Shown: in pieces, positions 1 through 9,386 of the stretch
How the letters are laid out: each line of letters starts with the position of its first letter
Position numbering within the stretch: position 1 is the first letter of the stretch
Origin: Brenneria goodwinii
GTDB taxonomy: Bacteria > Pseudomonadota > Gammaproteobacteria > Enterobacterales > Enterobacteriaceae
NCBI RefSeq assembly: GCF_002291445.1
Contig: NZ_CP014137.1
Span: 198,136-228,135, forward strand
Direction: 5' to 3'
Length of the DNA: 30,000 nucleotides
Position numbers and translations under genes: made by a program
The notes under the pieces: generated by a model
Seen by the model: the letters and a program-made list of their open reading frames with translations, nothing else
Database searches by the model: none
What the model was told of the DNA's origin: nothing

Positions 1-503
1 AGAAGCGTCAGGGGATGGATATTCATGAGTATCTGAAAACGGCTGGCGAGCGTGATTGCGTCCTGGCATTGCAAGATGCCGGCAATCCTCACAACCTTGG
101 CGGTATTATGCGAAGCTGCGCGCATTTCGGCGTGAATGGCCTGCTGGTTCAGGATGCGACAATGCTGGAGTCCGGGGCGGCGGTACGCACTGCCGAAGGC
201 GGAGCCGAGCACGTTAAAGCGATCAGCGCTGATGACCCTATCGCGGCGTTCGATGAGTTCCGTAAAGCCGGGTATACCATTGTGACAACCTCCAGCCACA
301 AAGGAACGGCATTGTCGAAAACCCTGTTTCCGGCTAAAACCGTGATTGTGCTGGGGCAGGAGGGGGATGGTCTGTCCGACAGCGCCTGGCTACAGGGTGA
401 TACCACTATCTCGATCGACGGCACGGGGAGGGTTGAAAGTCTGAACATTTCCGTTGCGACAGGTATTTTGTTGTCCGAATGGTGGCGGCAGAATCAAGCC
501 TGA
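1..503 (+). CDS. yfiF: 3' part of a SpoU/TrmH-family RNA 2'-O-methyltransferase (YfiF-like); the 5' end lies outside the window
   Basis: The frame is open from nt 3 with no upstream stop, so M at 15 is probably internal. The translation (...[24 protein letters not shown]...LGQEGDGL...[17 protein letters not shown]) carries SpoU methylase motifs. It aligns by eye with the C-terminus of E. coli YfiF as I remember it. Confidence 0.85.
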   Translation, partial: KRQGMDIHEYLKTAGERDCVLALQDAGNPHNLGGIMRSCAHFGVNGLLVQDATMLESGAAVRTAEGGAEHVKAISADDPIAAFDEFRKAGYTIVTTSSHKGTALSKTLFPAKTVIVLGQEGDGLSDSAWLQGDTTISIDGTGRVESLNISVATGILLSEWWRQNQA

Positions 504-560
504 TGAAATAAATTCGATTAAAGAAGGGAACGGCTCACGGCTTAACCTTCGCCCTCGGTC

Positions 561-601
561 AAACATCAGCACAGGGAAACTTGCGCTGATGTTTTGTTTT
601 T
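561..601 (+). terminator. Rho-independent terminator downstream of the yfiF-like gene
   Basis: A 10-bp stem AAACATCAGC (561-570) pairs with GCTGATGTTT (585-594). An inner 4-bp extension closes on a GAAA tetraloop (576-579). The stem is followed by TGTTTTT (595-601). Confidence 0.7.
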
Positions 602-738
602 CAACGATGAAAGTCTGGTGCCAGGGTGATAGCGCATGTCAAGGCGCGGGATGCCACGGCGTTGAGGCTCGGACACGACAGGGATAATGGCGTAGTGAGC
701 CGGTAAGATTTCACGATGATGACGACAAGAAACACGTA

Positions 739-1182
739 ATGACACGGAAAAAATCACACTATGCAGCGCTATCGCTGCTCCTGGGAACACTTTTTATGAG
801 CGGCTGTTCTCAGCCATTGCCTACCCCTGATACCGATCGCGCTGCGCCATATGCCTGCCATATCGGAGATAAAATGGTGCAAACCACCCTCTATTTCGGT
901 CTGAACCGCCCGGCTGGCCCACCGGTTTCCGATGCGGAATGGAAGGACTTTGTCGATAACGAGGTCACGCCGCGGTTTAAAGACGGGTTAACGATTTTTG
1001 ATACCAGGGGACAGTGGCTGGGTCAGAATGGCGCTGTGGTGCGGGAAAACAGCAAAGCGCTGCTGCTTATTCATGGATCTGAACAGGAAAGCGCTGTAGA
1101 AGCGTTGCGTACAGCATACAAAACACGCTTTGCCCAGGAATCGGTCATGCGGATTGATGCGCCGGAGTGTGTCGCTTTTTAA
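739..1182 (+). CDS. Small lipoprotein, DUF3574-like
   Basis: 147-aa ORF with a signal peptide and lipobox (LGTLFMSGC|SQ). The body (TLYFGLNRPAG..VSDAEWKDFVDNEVTPRFKDGLTIFDTRGQW...ENSKALLLIH) matches my recollection of the DUF3574 family. The family assignment is from memory only. Confidence 0.7.
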   Translation: MTRKKSHYAALSLLLGTLFMSGCSQPLPTPDTDRAAPYACHIGDKMVQTTLYFGLNRPAGPPVSDAEWKDFVDNEVTPRFKDGLTIFDTRGQWLGQNGAVVRENSKALLLIHGSEQESAVEALRTAYKTRFAQESVMRIDAPECVAF

Positions 1183-1268
1183 GTTTCCTGTCGGCCCTTC
1201 CGTCGGGACGAGCCGATAAATAGCATTACCGTACGGTCAGCTACAGTACCAATCCAGCCACGCAGACG

Positions 1269-1322
1269 AAAAACACGTTTCCCGACGAGCCATCCGACGG
1301 ATCGGCGGCTCAGGGAACGTGT
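1269..1322 (-). terminator. Rho-independent terminator of mprA-emrAB, starting immediately after the emrB stop
   Basis: The minus strand reads ACACGTTCCC-[structured 29-nt interior containing GAGCC/GGCTC and ATCC/GGAT pairs]-GGGAAACGTGT followed by TTTTT. It forms a long stem with one bulged A. Confidence 0.65.
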
Positions 1323-2858
1323 CTAGTGCGCGCCGCCGCCTCCGCCGGAGGTAAACGGCGGCCGGGCAAACCAGACCAGCACCAACAGCATCAGGAACAC
1401 CGCCGCCGCCGCCCAGAAAATCTCATTGGCGGAAATAATCAGCCCCTGGGCGGTAATCTCGCTCGCAATATAAGACGAAGCCTGCGATTGGCTCATCCCC
1501 AGCGTCTGTTGTAGCTGTTGATAGGCCTCCTGAGCCTGCGGATTGTAAGGGGTGATCGACTCCGTCAAATGAGCGTGGTGCAGCGATTCACGCTGCGCCC
1601 ATAACGTTGTGGTGATGGACGTACCGATGGAACCCGCCAGCGTGCGGGTAAAATTAGACAGACTGGACGCCGCGGCCATTCTTTCCGGCGGCAATCCTGA
1701 CAGCGTGATGGTCGTCAGCGGCATAAAGAAGCAGGCGACGGCAAAACCCTGCACGAACTGCGGCCAGGCGGATGCGCCAAAGTCCATTCCCGGTTCAAAG
1801 GTATAGGCGCGCCAGTAAAAGCAGACGGCGTACATAATGAAGCTGAATGTGACCAACTGCCGCATATCCAGACGCGGAGCGAAACGACCGATAATCGGCG
1901 ACAGCACCACCGGCATTAAGCCGACGGGGGCGGACGCCAACCCTGCCCAGGTCGCGGTATAGCCATAAACCTCCTGTAATAACTGCGGCAGCAGTACGAT
2001 CGCGCCGAAATAGAACATATAGGCGAGGCTTAGGCACAGGCATCCAATGGTGAAATTGCGGGATTTAAACAACGATAAATCCACCACCGGGTGGTCGTCG
2101 GTCAATTCCCAAACGATTAAAAACGTCAGGGTGATGACGGCGATAACCGTAAGGATAATAATCTCGTTGGAGTTAAACCAATCCAGCTCTTTGCCCCGGT
2201 CCAGCATCATCTGGAGACTGCCGATGCCGACAATCAGCAAGGCCAGACCCACGGTATCAATGGGCTTGATTTCTGTTTTTGTCTCTCGCCCGCGCAGCGT
2301 TTGCAGGGTGATGACCACCACGGCCACCCCCAGCGGGACGTTGATAAAGAAGATCCAGCCCCAGTGGTAGTTGTCGCTAATCCAGCCCCCCAGGATCGGG
2401 CCGCAAATCGGCGCGACGACCACGGTCATCGACCAAAGCGCCAGCGCAATGCTCCGTCTGGCGGGAGGATAGTTGTTTAACAACAAACTCTGCGACAACG
2501 GGATCAGCGGCCCGGCGACAATCCCTTGTAAAACGCGGGCGAAGATCAGCATCTCCAGGCTGGAGGAGATACCACACATCCAGGAAGTGAAAGCAAACAG
2601 GGCGGTGGACAACAGAAAAAGGCGAACTTCGCCAAAGCGTTTGGCCAACCAACCCGTAATGGGAATGGAAATGGCGTTGGCGACCCCGAACGAGGTGATC
2701 ACCCACGTTCCCTGCGAGTTGGAGGCTCCCAGGTTACCGGCAATTGTCGGAATCGCCACGTTGGCGATGGTCGAGTCCAGCACCTGCATGAACGTCGCCA
2801 ATGACAGGGCGACGGTCATCCAGGCCAGACTGGCGCCTTTAAGCGGTTTTCTCTGCAC
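1323..2858 (-). CDS. emrB: Multidrug efflux MFS permease EmrB (14-TMS DHA2 type)
   Basis: The 511-aa product is collinear by eye with E. coli EmrB (..ATFMQVLDSTIANVAIPTIAGNLG.., C-terminal GGGGGAH). It uses a GTG start 6 nt after AGGAG and lies 17 nt after the emrA stop. Confidence 0.95.
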   Translation of the reverse strand: MQRKPLKGASLAWMTVALSLATFMQVLDSTIANVAIPTIAGNLGASNSQGTWVITSFGVANAISIPITGWLAKRFGEVRLFLLSTALFAFTSWMCGISSSLEMLIFARVLQGIVAGPLIPLSQSLLLNNYPPARRSIALALWSMTVVVAPICGPILGGWISDNYHWGWIFFINVPLGVAVVVITLQTLRGRETKTEIKPIDTVGLALLIVGIGSLQMMLDRGKELDWFNSNEIIILTVIAVITLTFLIVWELTDDHPVVDLSLFKSRNFTIGCLCLSLAYMFYFGAIVLLPQLLQEVYGYTATWAGLASAPVGLMPVVLSPIIGRFAPRLDMRQLVTFSFIMYAVCFYWRAYTFEPGMDFGASAWPQFVQGFAVACFFMPLTTITLSGLPPERMAAASSLSNFTRTLAGSIGTSITTTLWAQRESLHHAHLTESITPYNPQAQEAYQQLQQTLGMSQSQASSYIASEITAQGLIISANEIFWAAAAVFLMLLVLVWFARPPFTSGGGGGAH

Positions 2859-2875
2859 GCTTCTCTCCTGACTGA

Positions 2876-4051
2876 TTAGCTGGCATTCGCCTGGATGATG
2901 TCGCTGATCATTTGGTTGACCGGAGCAAGATCCAGCGACAGCGCATCGCTTGCATAAGCCGGAGTGCTGCGCGGCGTTTCCGACAGCGACGGTCCGCTGG
3001 CGTCGGCGGTATCGACATTGACCAGCGCGGACAGACCGATACGCAGCGGATGTTCAGCAATCTGCTGCGGATCCAATTCAATACGGACAGGTAAACGTTG
3101 GACGACTTTTATCCAGTTGCCGGTGGCGTTCTGCGCCGGAAGCAGAGAGAACGCGCTGCCGGTGCCCATGTCCAGACCCACGACCTTGCCTTGATAAACG
3201 ACATCATCGCCGTAGATGTCTGCAATGACGGTAGCGGGTTGACCAATGCGCATCTTGGCCAACTGGGTTTCTTTGAAGTTGGCGTCAACCCACAGATGAT
3301 CCGCAGGTACAACGGCCATGAGCGCTGATGTGGTTGCGATCCTGGCGCCGACCTGAACGCTGCGGCGTGAAACATAGCCATTTACCGGGCTGACGATTTT
3401 TGTTCGTTGCAGCGCCAGCCAGGCATCGCGCATTTCCGCCGCGGCCTGTTGGACCGTCGGCTGCTGTTCTAACGGCGTGTCCAGAATCATGGCCTGATTG
3501 GCCTGATATTGCTGCTTCGCCACTTCCAGCGAGGCTTTGGCGCTGGCTACCGCATCCCGTGCGTGCTGGACCTCTTCTCGGCCGATAGCATTGACATGAC
3601 CCAGTGTTTCACGGCGATTTAAATCACTCTGCGCCTGATTAAGTTGGATCTGGAGTAACTCTATATTGGCCTGATACTGCTTGCCGTTAATCATTAACTG
3701 ATGCGTTTGACGCACGCTGTTGGCCAGTGCGGTTTGGGTCCGCTCAAAAGCCTGCTGGGCATCGGTCGGATCCAACTCAACCAGAACATCGCCCTGCTTG
3801 ACATAATCGGTGTTGTCCACATTCACGCGCGTGACGCTCCCCGTCACCTGCGCCATCACCTGAATCTGATTGCCCGCAATGTAGGAATCATCGGTATTTT
3901 GGTGATGCCTAAGGACCAGAAACCAATAAACAAACCAGGCGCAGCCAAGCACGATAAAAATAAGCGTTAACAGCGTTAGCACCCGTTTACGCTGTTTTTT
4001 CTTGTTGCGTTTTACTGGCTGTGGCGCCTGTTTTTCCACACTTTCACTCAT
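2876..4051 (-). CDS. emrA: Multidrug efflux membrane-fusion (periplasmic adaptor) protein EmrA
   Basis: The 391-aa product has an N-terminal membrane anchor followed by coiled-coil and HlyD-like regions. It is collinear with E. coli EmrA (..DDSYIAGNQIQVMAQVTGSV.., ..GTGSAFSLLPAQNATGNWIKVVQRLPVRIELD..). Confidence 0.95.
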   Translation of the reverse strand: MSESVEKQAPQPVKRNKKKQRKRVLTLLTLIFIVLGCAWFVYWFLVLRHHQNTDDSYIAGNQIQVMAQVTGSVTRVNVDNTDYVKQGDVLVELDPTDAQQAFERTQTALANSVRQTHQLMINGKQYQANIELLQIQLNQAQSDLNRRETLGHVNAIGREEVQHARDAVASAKASLEVAKQQYQANQAMILDTPLEQQPTVQQAAAEMRDAWLALQRTKIVSPVNGYVSRRSVQVGARIATTSALMAVVPADHLWVDANFKETQLAKMRIGQPATVIADIYGDDVVYQGKVVGLDMGTGSAFSLLPAQNATGNWIKVVQRLPVRIELDPQQIAEHPLRIGLSALVNVDTADASGPSLSETPRSTPAYASDALSLDLAPVNQMISDIIQANAS

Positions 4052-4317
4052 GGCGTTCTCTCTTTTAATACTCTTTTTGGCCTGGTATCCGTCATTTGCT
4101 CACGCTGTAACGAATAAGCCCCCAGCGCCGATTCGCTGGAGGTTTGCAGGTGACGGGCAATTAGAGTCAGTTTTGTCTTATTATTAAGCGACGGAATGAC
4201 AGGTTACTGAAAAGTAAACGAGCATCGTCCGCAGTAAACATCCGCGCTCCGATGACGCGAGCACAGGAAAACGTCAGATACAATGAGAGTTATATATTTC
4301 TTACAATAATCAATTGG

Positions 4318-4833
4318 TTAAAGATTTTCGGTTTTTTCCATTTCATCTATTCGGGCCAACAGCTTTCTCATTAATGTTTCAAGCTGTTTTTGCTCATCAT
4401 TACTGAGCGTAGACCAGAGAAAATGGAGGCTTTTATGCTGCGGGGGAAGTAGTTGACCAAGGAAATTCTTGCCTTCTTCTGTCATATGCAGGTGCAAGCA
4501 GCGCCGATCGCTACTGCTTTCGCGCCTTTCAATCCAACCTCTTTTTTCCAATTCATCAGCAATACGCGTGGCGTTAGTCCGTGATGATCCCAATGCGGCA
4601 CTGAGCTCTGAAGGTTGAATACTGTAAGACTCCTGTGATTCCAACGTGAGGAGAGCCATGAATAAGGTTTCATTAATGCCCTGATCTTTCAGTATTTTAT
4701 TTCTGTGCTCTAGTATTTTGCTTTGCATATGCATGCATAAACGTAACAGCAGGACTTCCCGGTATGGGAAATCGGGTTTACGTGAAACACGCAGGCTCAG
4801 CATTTTCTCTATGGGAGTAAACGAACTATCCAT
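4318..4833 (-). CDS. mprA: MarR-family repressor MprA/EmrR
   Basis: The 171-aa product is near-collinear with E. coli MprA ([76 protein letters not shown]). Confidence 0.95.
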   Translation of the reverse strand: MDSSFTPIEKMLSLRVSRKPDFPYREVLLLRLCMHMQSKILEHRNKILKDQGINETLFMALLTLESQESYSIQPSELSAALGSSRTNATRIADELEKRGWIERRESSSDRRCLHLHMTEEGKNFLGQLLPPQHKSLHFLWSTLSNDEQKQLETLMRKLLARIDEMEKTENL

Positions 4834-4864
4834 TTTTATATAACCTCATTAATCACGGTCTGCA

Positions 4865-4882
4865 TAGTAACGGAAGTTACTA
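4865..4882. promoter_or_regulatory. Candidate MprA operator: perfect 7-4-7 palindrome TAGTAAC-GGAA-GTTACTA in the mprA promoter region
   Basis: The palindrome lies 32-49 bp upstream of the mprA ATG. On the minus strand it overlaps a plausible -10 (TACTAT), with TTTACC 17 bp upstream as a -35. MarR-family dimers bind short palindromes that overlap their own promoters. The assignment is inferred. Confidence 0.4.
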
Positions 4883-5071
4883 CTTGGGTAAATGGTATCA
4901 AGTTAGACAAATTTGATTATTCTGTGACAGAAAGTAAGCGATAGGGACATCGAGTATCGAAGGAAGTATCGCCATTAACGCTATTAAGTAATAGGGTAGC
5001 TCATGTGTGACGTTAGAGAATGGCGGAGTGGGGAAATCGGAATCAGTTGCTTACTAAGTCGTCACATAATG

Positions 5072-5094
5072 CAAAAAGGCGGCAAAAGCCGCCT
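5072..5094 (-). terminator. Rho-independent terminator at the end of the proVWX operon
   Basis: The minus strand reads AGGCGGC-TTTT-GCCGCCT followed by TTTTGCATT. This is a 7-bp GC-rich stem with a 4-nt loop and a U-tract. It separates proX from the mprA promoter. Confidence 0.7.
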
Positions 5095-5120
5095 GCGGTT
5101 ACTGACAAAGTTTGAAACAT

Positions 5121-5207
5121 TGCCATTAATGACCCCCGCCCAGCCTCCCCCTTGTCAGGGGGCGGAGCTACGCCGGATTTGCTCCCTTCCCTGTGAAGGG
5201 GAGGGCC
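5121..5207 (-). repeat. Two-hairpin extragenic repeat, copy 1 (inverted relative to copy 2)
   Basis: The reverse complement aligns over ~85 nt with 22776-22860. The core CCCCCTGACAAGGGGGAGGCTGGG[C/T]GGGGGT differs at one base. A second hairpin is CCCCTTC-ACA-GGGAAGGG. ORFs 5003..5269 and 5043..5243 are read-through artefacts of this repeat. Confidence 0.75.
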
Positions 5208-5270
5208 GGGGGGTGGAGTTGGAACCAGAAGGTTTGTCATCAAACGCTTCTGAAATTCGCGAGTGGTGAT

Positions 5271-6269
5271 TTATTTAGCCGCTTCAGCCGCAGTTTTGAC
5301 CCAGCCGTCGAACAGCTGCTGGTGCGCCTTGATCCAGCCGTTGGCATGGCGTTCGATATCCTGCTGCGAGCTCTGACCATTATGCATGCTCTGGTTTTGC
5401 GCATTGATGTCGTTAATCGACAGTTTCATGATGGAAAGCAGCTTCGCTGCCGCCGGATTTTTTTCCGCCCATTCCTTATTGGCGGCGATTTTTATGCTAT
5501 TGACCGGGAAGCCGTAGTCGGCGCCGTTAGGCAGCTTGGTGCTGACGCCCTGCATAACCCCAGGCTGAGAAGAGAAAGGCACCTGCAACCATACAACGTC
5601 GCGTCCCGGCACCAGAACGTCGCTTACCCAATAAGGCGTCCAGGTATAATAAAGGATAGGTTTGCCTTCTTTATAACGGGTGATGGTATCCGCAATCATG
5701 GCCGCATAGTTGCCCTGATTATGATCAACCGTTTTGGTTAAGTCATAAGCCTGCAAATGGTGATTAATCATCGCCTCACAGCCCCAGCCAGGGTTACAGC
5801 CGGTCAGATCGGCTTTGCCGTCGCCGTTGGTATCAAACAGTTTGGCGATTTTAGGATCTTTTAACTGCTCAACATTGGTGATTTTATATTGGTCGGCGGT
5901 TTTTTTATCGATCAGATAACCTTGAGCGGCGCCCGTAACATAGGTGCCTTCACGATAGAATTTATTGTCGCCGCCGGCGGCCTGATATTGATTGGCGTGC
6001 AACGGATCCCAGCTCACGGCAAGGAACGTGGCATCCCCGTTGGCCACGGTGGTAAAGGCGACGTTGTAATCCACTTCACGAATTGTCTGCACGTCATAGC
6101 CCAGTTTTTCCAGCGCCTTATTGACCAGCAGGGTCTGGAAGGTCTCTTCAGACAAGGTGCTTTGCACCGGAATAACTGTGACGCCTTTGCCCGGTAAATC
6201 GGCTGCATAGATGGATGAACTCAGCAGTGCAGTCGTCAGGGCTGCGGCCCAGATTTTTGTCTTGCTCAT
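5271..6269 (-). CDS. proX: Glycine betaine/proline betaine ABC transporter substrate-binding protein ProX
   Basis: 332-aa product with a signal peptide (..LLSSSIYA|AD). It is collinear with E. coli ProX ([32 protein letters not shown]). Confidence 0.95.
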   Translation of the reverse strand: MSKTKIWAAALTTALLSSSIYAADLPGKGVTVIPVQSTLSEETFQTLLVNKALEKLGYDVQTIREVDYNVAFTTVANGDATFLAVSWDPLHANQYQAAGGDNKFYREGTYVTGAAQGYLIDKKTADQYKITNVEQLKDPKIAKLFDTNGDGKADLTGCNPGWGCEAMINHHLQAYDLTKTVDHNQGNYAAMIADTITRYKEGKPILYYTWTPYWVSDVLVPGRDVVWLQVPFSSQPGVMQGVSTKLPNGADYGFPVNSIKIAANKEWAEKNPAAAKLLSIMKLSINDINAQNQSMHNGQSSQQDIERHANGWIKAHQQLFDGWVKTAAEAAK

Positions 6270-6389
6270 AGTTATTTCCTCGTTCCTATTCCATACCCTT
6301 GGCTTTCAAATTGCAGCGCTACTGCAGGTTAAAATCCATTGGATGCGGAAATCAGGTTTTATTATGTTGATTTAATTATGGATGGTTCA

Positions 6390-6413
6390 GTTACCCGGCG
6401 CGGGCCGGGTAAC
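6390..6413 (-). other. Intercistronic GC-rich stem-loop between proW and proX
   Basis: GTTACCCGGC-GCGG-GCCGGGTAAC forms a perfect 10-bp stem with a 4-nt loop, 11 nt after the proW stop. No U-tract follows on the minus strand, so it is not a classical terminator. Confidence 0.5.
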
Positions 6414-6424
6414 CGACTCGAAAA

Positions 6425-7651
6425 TTACTGCTTGATGAAAGGACGGGTTACCAGGCCGATTGGGCCTGTGGTATACCAGCTTTTATTGCCCTTGCTGCGT
6501 CTGTCGCGGCCCAGAGACTGGGTCAGGCGATCGAGGATAATAGCCAGAATAACGATGCCGACGCCGCCGACAGCCGCTAATCCCATATCCAGACGGCCAA
6601 TGCCGCGCAGCACCATTTGTCCCAAGCCACCCACGGCGATCATTGAAGCAATCACCACCATCGACAGCGCCAGCATTAACGTCTGGTTCACGCCTGCCAT
6701 GATGGTTGGCATCGCCAGCGGCAGCTGAACTTTAAACAGCATCTGACGAGGGCTGGCGCCAAAGGACTCCGCCGCTTCAATCAGATCGGCCGGCACCTGA
6801 CGGATACCCAGAATCGTCAGACGAATAATCGGCGGCAGGGCAAAGATAATGGTGACCACCACGCCAGGTACGTTGCCAATACCGAATAGCATGACGATCG
6901 GCACCAGATAGACAAAGGCCGGCGTGGTCTGCATCGCATCCAGCAGCGGGCGGATAATTTTGGCCGCTCGTTCGCTGCGAGCCAGCCAAATCCCTATCGG
7001 CAGCCCGATTAGCAGGCAGAAGAACAGGGCGGTCAATACCAATGCCAGCGTCACCATTGCCTGCGACCATGCGCCGATGGCGCCAATGATAACCAGTGAA
7101 ATTAGCGCGGCGACCCCCATCCCGAAACTGGAGACTTGCCAGGCGATCAGCGAGAAGATCAGGATAGCGATCGGCGCAGGCATACCGAGCAGTAATTGTT
7201 GAAACGTGCTCAGGATGAAGTCGACCGGAACGCGGATCCCCTGGAACAGGGGTCTGAAGTGCAGCACCATCCAGTCGATCCCATGGGTTACCCAGTGATC
7301 CAACGGAATCAGCGTATCTTTAAACGGATCGAGCAGGCTGAAGTGCTCCGGCGTATCGGTCGGCGCGCTGTTCAGCCAGTCGTTGGCGCCCTGAGCCGCA
7401 TCCGCTGAGCCGCCGTCTGGCGGCGTGGTGCTCCAGGCGTCCGCTCCGTTGGCCGGCGCATCCTGCGCGGGTGCGGCAGTGGACCAGGGGTCGCTTTGCG
7501 ATCCGGCATCGGGCGCGGCGCTACTTTCCGCCTGCGGTGAATTCTGGGTCGACGCCGCCCAGGGATCGCTCTGCGCCGCCGCGCTGTGTTGGTCGGCGTT
7601 TTGCTCAGGCGCGGTGCTGCTTTCCCATGGATTGGTTGTTGATTTACTCAT
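6425..7651 (-). CDS. proW: Glycine betaine/proline betaine ABC transporter permease ProW
   Basis: I place the start at ATG 7651 (MSKSTTNPW...). AGGAG lies 6 nt upstream, and the start overlaps the proV stop by 8 nt (..AATGAGTAA). The track ORF start at 7744 would run inside proV. The C-terminal 300 aa are collinear with E. coli ProW. Confidence 0.93.
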   Translation of the reverse strand: MSKSTTNPWESSTAPEQNADQHSAAAQSDPWAASTQNSPQAESSAAPDAGSQSDPWSTAAPAQDAPANGADAWSTTPPDGGSADAAQGANDWLNSAPTDTPEHFSLLDPFKDTLIPLDHWVTHGIDWMVLHFRPLFQGIRVPVDFILSTFQQLLLGMPAPIAILIFSLIAWQVSSFGMGVAALISLVIIGAIGAWSQAMVTLALVLTALFFCLLIGLPIGIWLARSERAAKIIRPLLDAMQTTPAFVYLVPIVMLFGIGNVPGVVVTIIFALPPIIRLTILGIRQVPADLIEAAESFGASPRQMLFKVQLPLAMPTIMAGVNQTLMLALSMVVIASMIAVGGLGQMVLRGIGRLDMGLAAVGGVGIVILAIILDRLTQSLGRDRRSKGNKSWYTTGPIGLVTRPFIKQ

Positions 7652-8846
7652 TGGTTGCTCCTTCCTTATCCAGTGCCTGTAGCAGCATTCCCTTTGAAAT
7701 GATGCCGATGTACTCGTTGTTTTCACCGATGACGGGGACAGCACAAGGGGCTTGCGCTACCTGCGAAATCAGCTCATTGAGCGACATATCTGCGGGCACA
7801 GGGGCCGGATCGGATAACAGCGCATGTTCCAGCGGCTGCTGTTCTTTCAGGGCCTGTTTCAGCGAGTCGATAGAGACCACACCAATGAATTTTTGTCCGC
7901 GCTCCAGCACGTAGCCGTAATCGCGATCTTCGTCCTGCAAAATTTTCAGTGCGGAACGCGGTCCGACTGCCGGCGTTTTACGAATCAGCGTGACCGGGCG
8001 GCGGCGGGCGATATCCTTGGCGCTGAAGACATGGCTGACGTCCACGCCGCGGAAGAAGGTGCGAACATAATCATTGGCCGGGTTGTTCAGAATTTCATCC
8101 GGCGTACCCACCTGGATCACTTCACCGCCATGCATGATGGCGATACGATCGCCGATACGCATTGCTTCATCCAGATCGTGCGAGATAAAGATGATGGTAC
8201 GCTGATTACGGGACTGGAGCTTGATCAGCTCATCCTGCATTTCTGTACGGATCAGCGGATCGAGGGCGGAAAAAGCCTCATCCATCAGCAGAATATCCGG
8301 GTCGTTCGCCAGCGCCCGCGCCAATCCGACGCGTTGACGCATCCCGCCCGACAGTTCATCCGGGTAGGAATTGGCGTAAGCTTCCAGACCAACCTGTTGC
8401 AGCGCATCCATCGCCTTTTGTTCGCGTTCCGTTTTCTCTATCCCGGCCAACTCCATACCAAAAGCGGTATTGTGGAGGATATTCAGGTGCGGCATTAAGG
8501 CGAAAGACTGGAATACCATACTGATTTTTTTACGCCGCACGTCGCGCAGCGCTGCGTCGGATATTTGGGCGATATCCTCGCCATCAATCAGAACCTGACC
8601 ACGAGTAGGTTCTATCAGACGATTGAGAAGGCGTACCATGGTTGATTTGCCGGAACCGGATAATCCCATGATGACAAATATCTCGCCTTCTTCAATGGCC
8701 AGATTGGCATCTTTGACTCCGACGGTAAGACCCGTTTTTTCAAATATCTGATCTTTAGTCAGGCCTTTGTCGATCAGTTTAAATGCTCTGTTAGGGTGTT
8801 CGCCAAATATTTTATAAAGGTGTTTTACTTCTAGTTTAATTGCCAT
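7644..8846 (-). CDS. proV: Glycine betaine/proline betaine ABC transporter ATP-binding protein ProV (with C-terminal CBS domains)
   Basis: The 400-aa product has Walker [10 protein letters not shown], signature LSGGMRQR and Walker [13 protein letters not shown]. It is collinear with E. coli ProV from [16 protein letters not shown]. Confidence 0.96.
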   Translation of the reverse strand: MAIKLEVKHLYKIFGEHPNRAFKLIDKGLTKDQIFEKTGLTVGVKDANLAIEEGEIFVIMGLSGSGKSTMVRLLNRLIEPTRGQVLIDGEDIAQISDAALRDVRRKKISMVFQSFALMPHLNILHNTAFGMELAGIEKTEREQKAMDALQQVGLEAYANSYPDELSGGMRQRVGLARALANDPDILLMDEAFSALDPLIRTEMQDELIKLQSRNQRTIIFISHDLDEAMRIGDRIAIMHGGEVIQVGTPDEILNNPANDYVRTFFRGVDVSHVFSAKDIARRRPVTLIRKTPAVGPRSALKILQDEDRDYGYVLERGQKFIGVVSIDSLKQALKEQQPLEHALLSDPAPVPADMSLNELISQVAQAPCAVPVIGENNEYIGIISKGMLLQALDKEGATNE

Positions 8847-8916
8847 GAAACGATTGTTTTCCTATGGTCGTTTATAATTCTATAACGTTTGTCCTGGTAA
8901 TGATTAAACGCTCTAT

Positions 8917-8944
8917 ACCCTACCATAATGAGATTCTGAGACAA
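8917..8944 (-). promoter_or_regulatory. proU-type sigma70 promoter (-35 TTGTCT, 16-bp spacer, -10 TAGGGT)
   Basis: The minus strand reads GGGGTTGTCTCAGAATCTCATTATGGTAGGGTATAGAG. I remember the E. coli proU main promoter as TTGCCT-N16-TAGGGT in nearly identical flanking sequence. The -10 lies about 70 nt upstream of the proV ATG. Confidence 0.6.
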
Positions 8945-9386
8945 CCCCTGATAGCTGAATCGATTTTTTCGTGTACATAAATAAATCGGGCAAATTAACC
9001 CTATTGTTTTCATGTGATTGGATAAATGCTATCTATGTTCCTTGAGGTTTTCATGCTTTTTTTATGCTAAAGAACAATCAGTTAACTTGATTTCTGTCCA
9101 TTGGCGTTTTTTGCGGGAAATAGGCTTTTCCCCTCGGCGGAGAATCGCTAATTATTGTTCGTTTTATCAATGGAATGCGACGGAATATAATTTTAAGGCA
9201 TCGTGCGGCAGGCGCCGGAAATGCCCGATTTTTCGCGAAAAATAATTTACGCGAATTGTGATTATGACCTTAATTATAACAGAAATCGGGGTGGTGATTT
9301 TCTGGTGAAATTAGCATCCGGTTCAGCAGGCGCGCCAGAGAATATTGAGTGTGATGATGGTGTGATCCAGTTAACATTATTATCCT

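Noticed and set aside
602-738. The GC-rich ~135-nt leader upstream of the DUF3574-like lipoprotein gene, considered as a possible riboswitch.
   Set aside because: I compared it by eye with the conserved cores of TPP, cobalamin, Moco and Mn riboswitches and saw no match. I found only short 5-bp complementarities.
5003-5269. ORFs of 88 aa (+) and 66 aa (-, 5043-5243) between mprA and proX.
   Set aside because: They read straight through the extragenic repeat and the proU terminator. The Pro/Gly-rich translations (..PPPCQGAELRR.., ..PPPGPPLHREG..) are artefacts of the GC-rich hairpins.
6425-7744. Longer track starts for several genes: proW 7744, ydiL 12089, ydiB 18111, ydiO 21618 (GTG), ydiP 23854 (TTG) and ydiQ 24736 (TTG).
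   Set aside because: In each case an internal ATG has a correctly spaced Shine-Dalgarno sequence and gives the length and N-terminus of the E. coli orthologue. The longer forms overlap the upstream gene or the SD.
9228-9243. A perfect 16-bp palindrome, ATTTTTCGCGAAAAAT.
   Set aside because: A perfect 16-bp palindrome is expected roughly 0.5 times per 30 kb by chance, more often in AT-rich DNA. No second copy or positional argument supports it.
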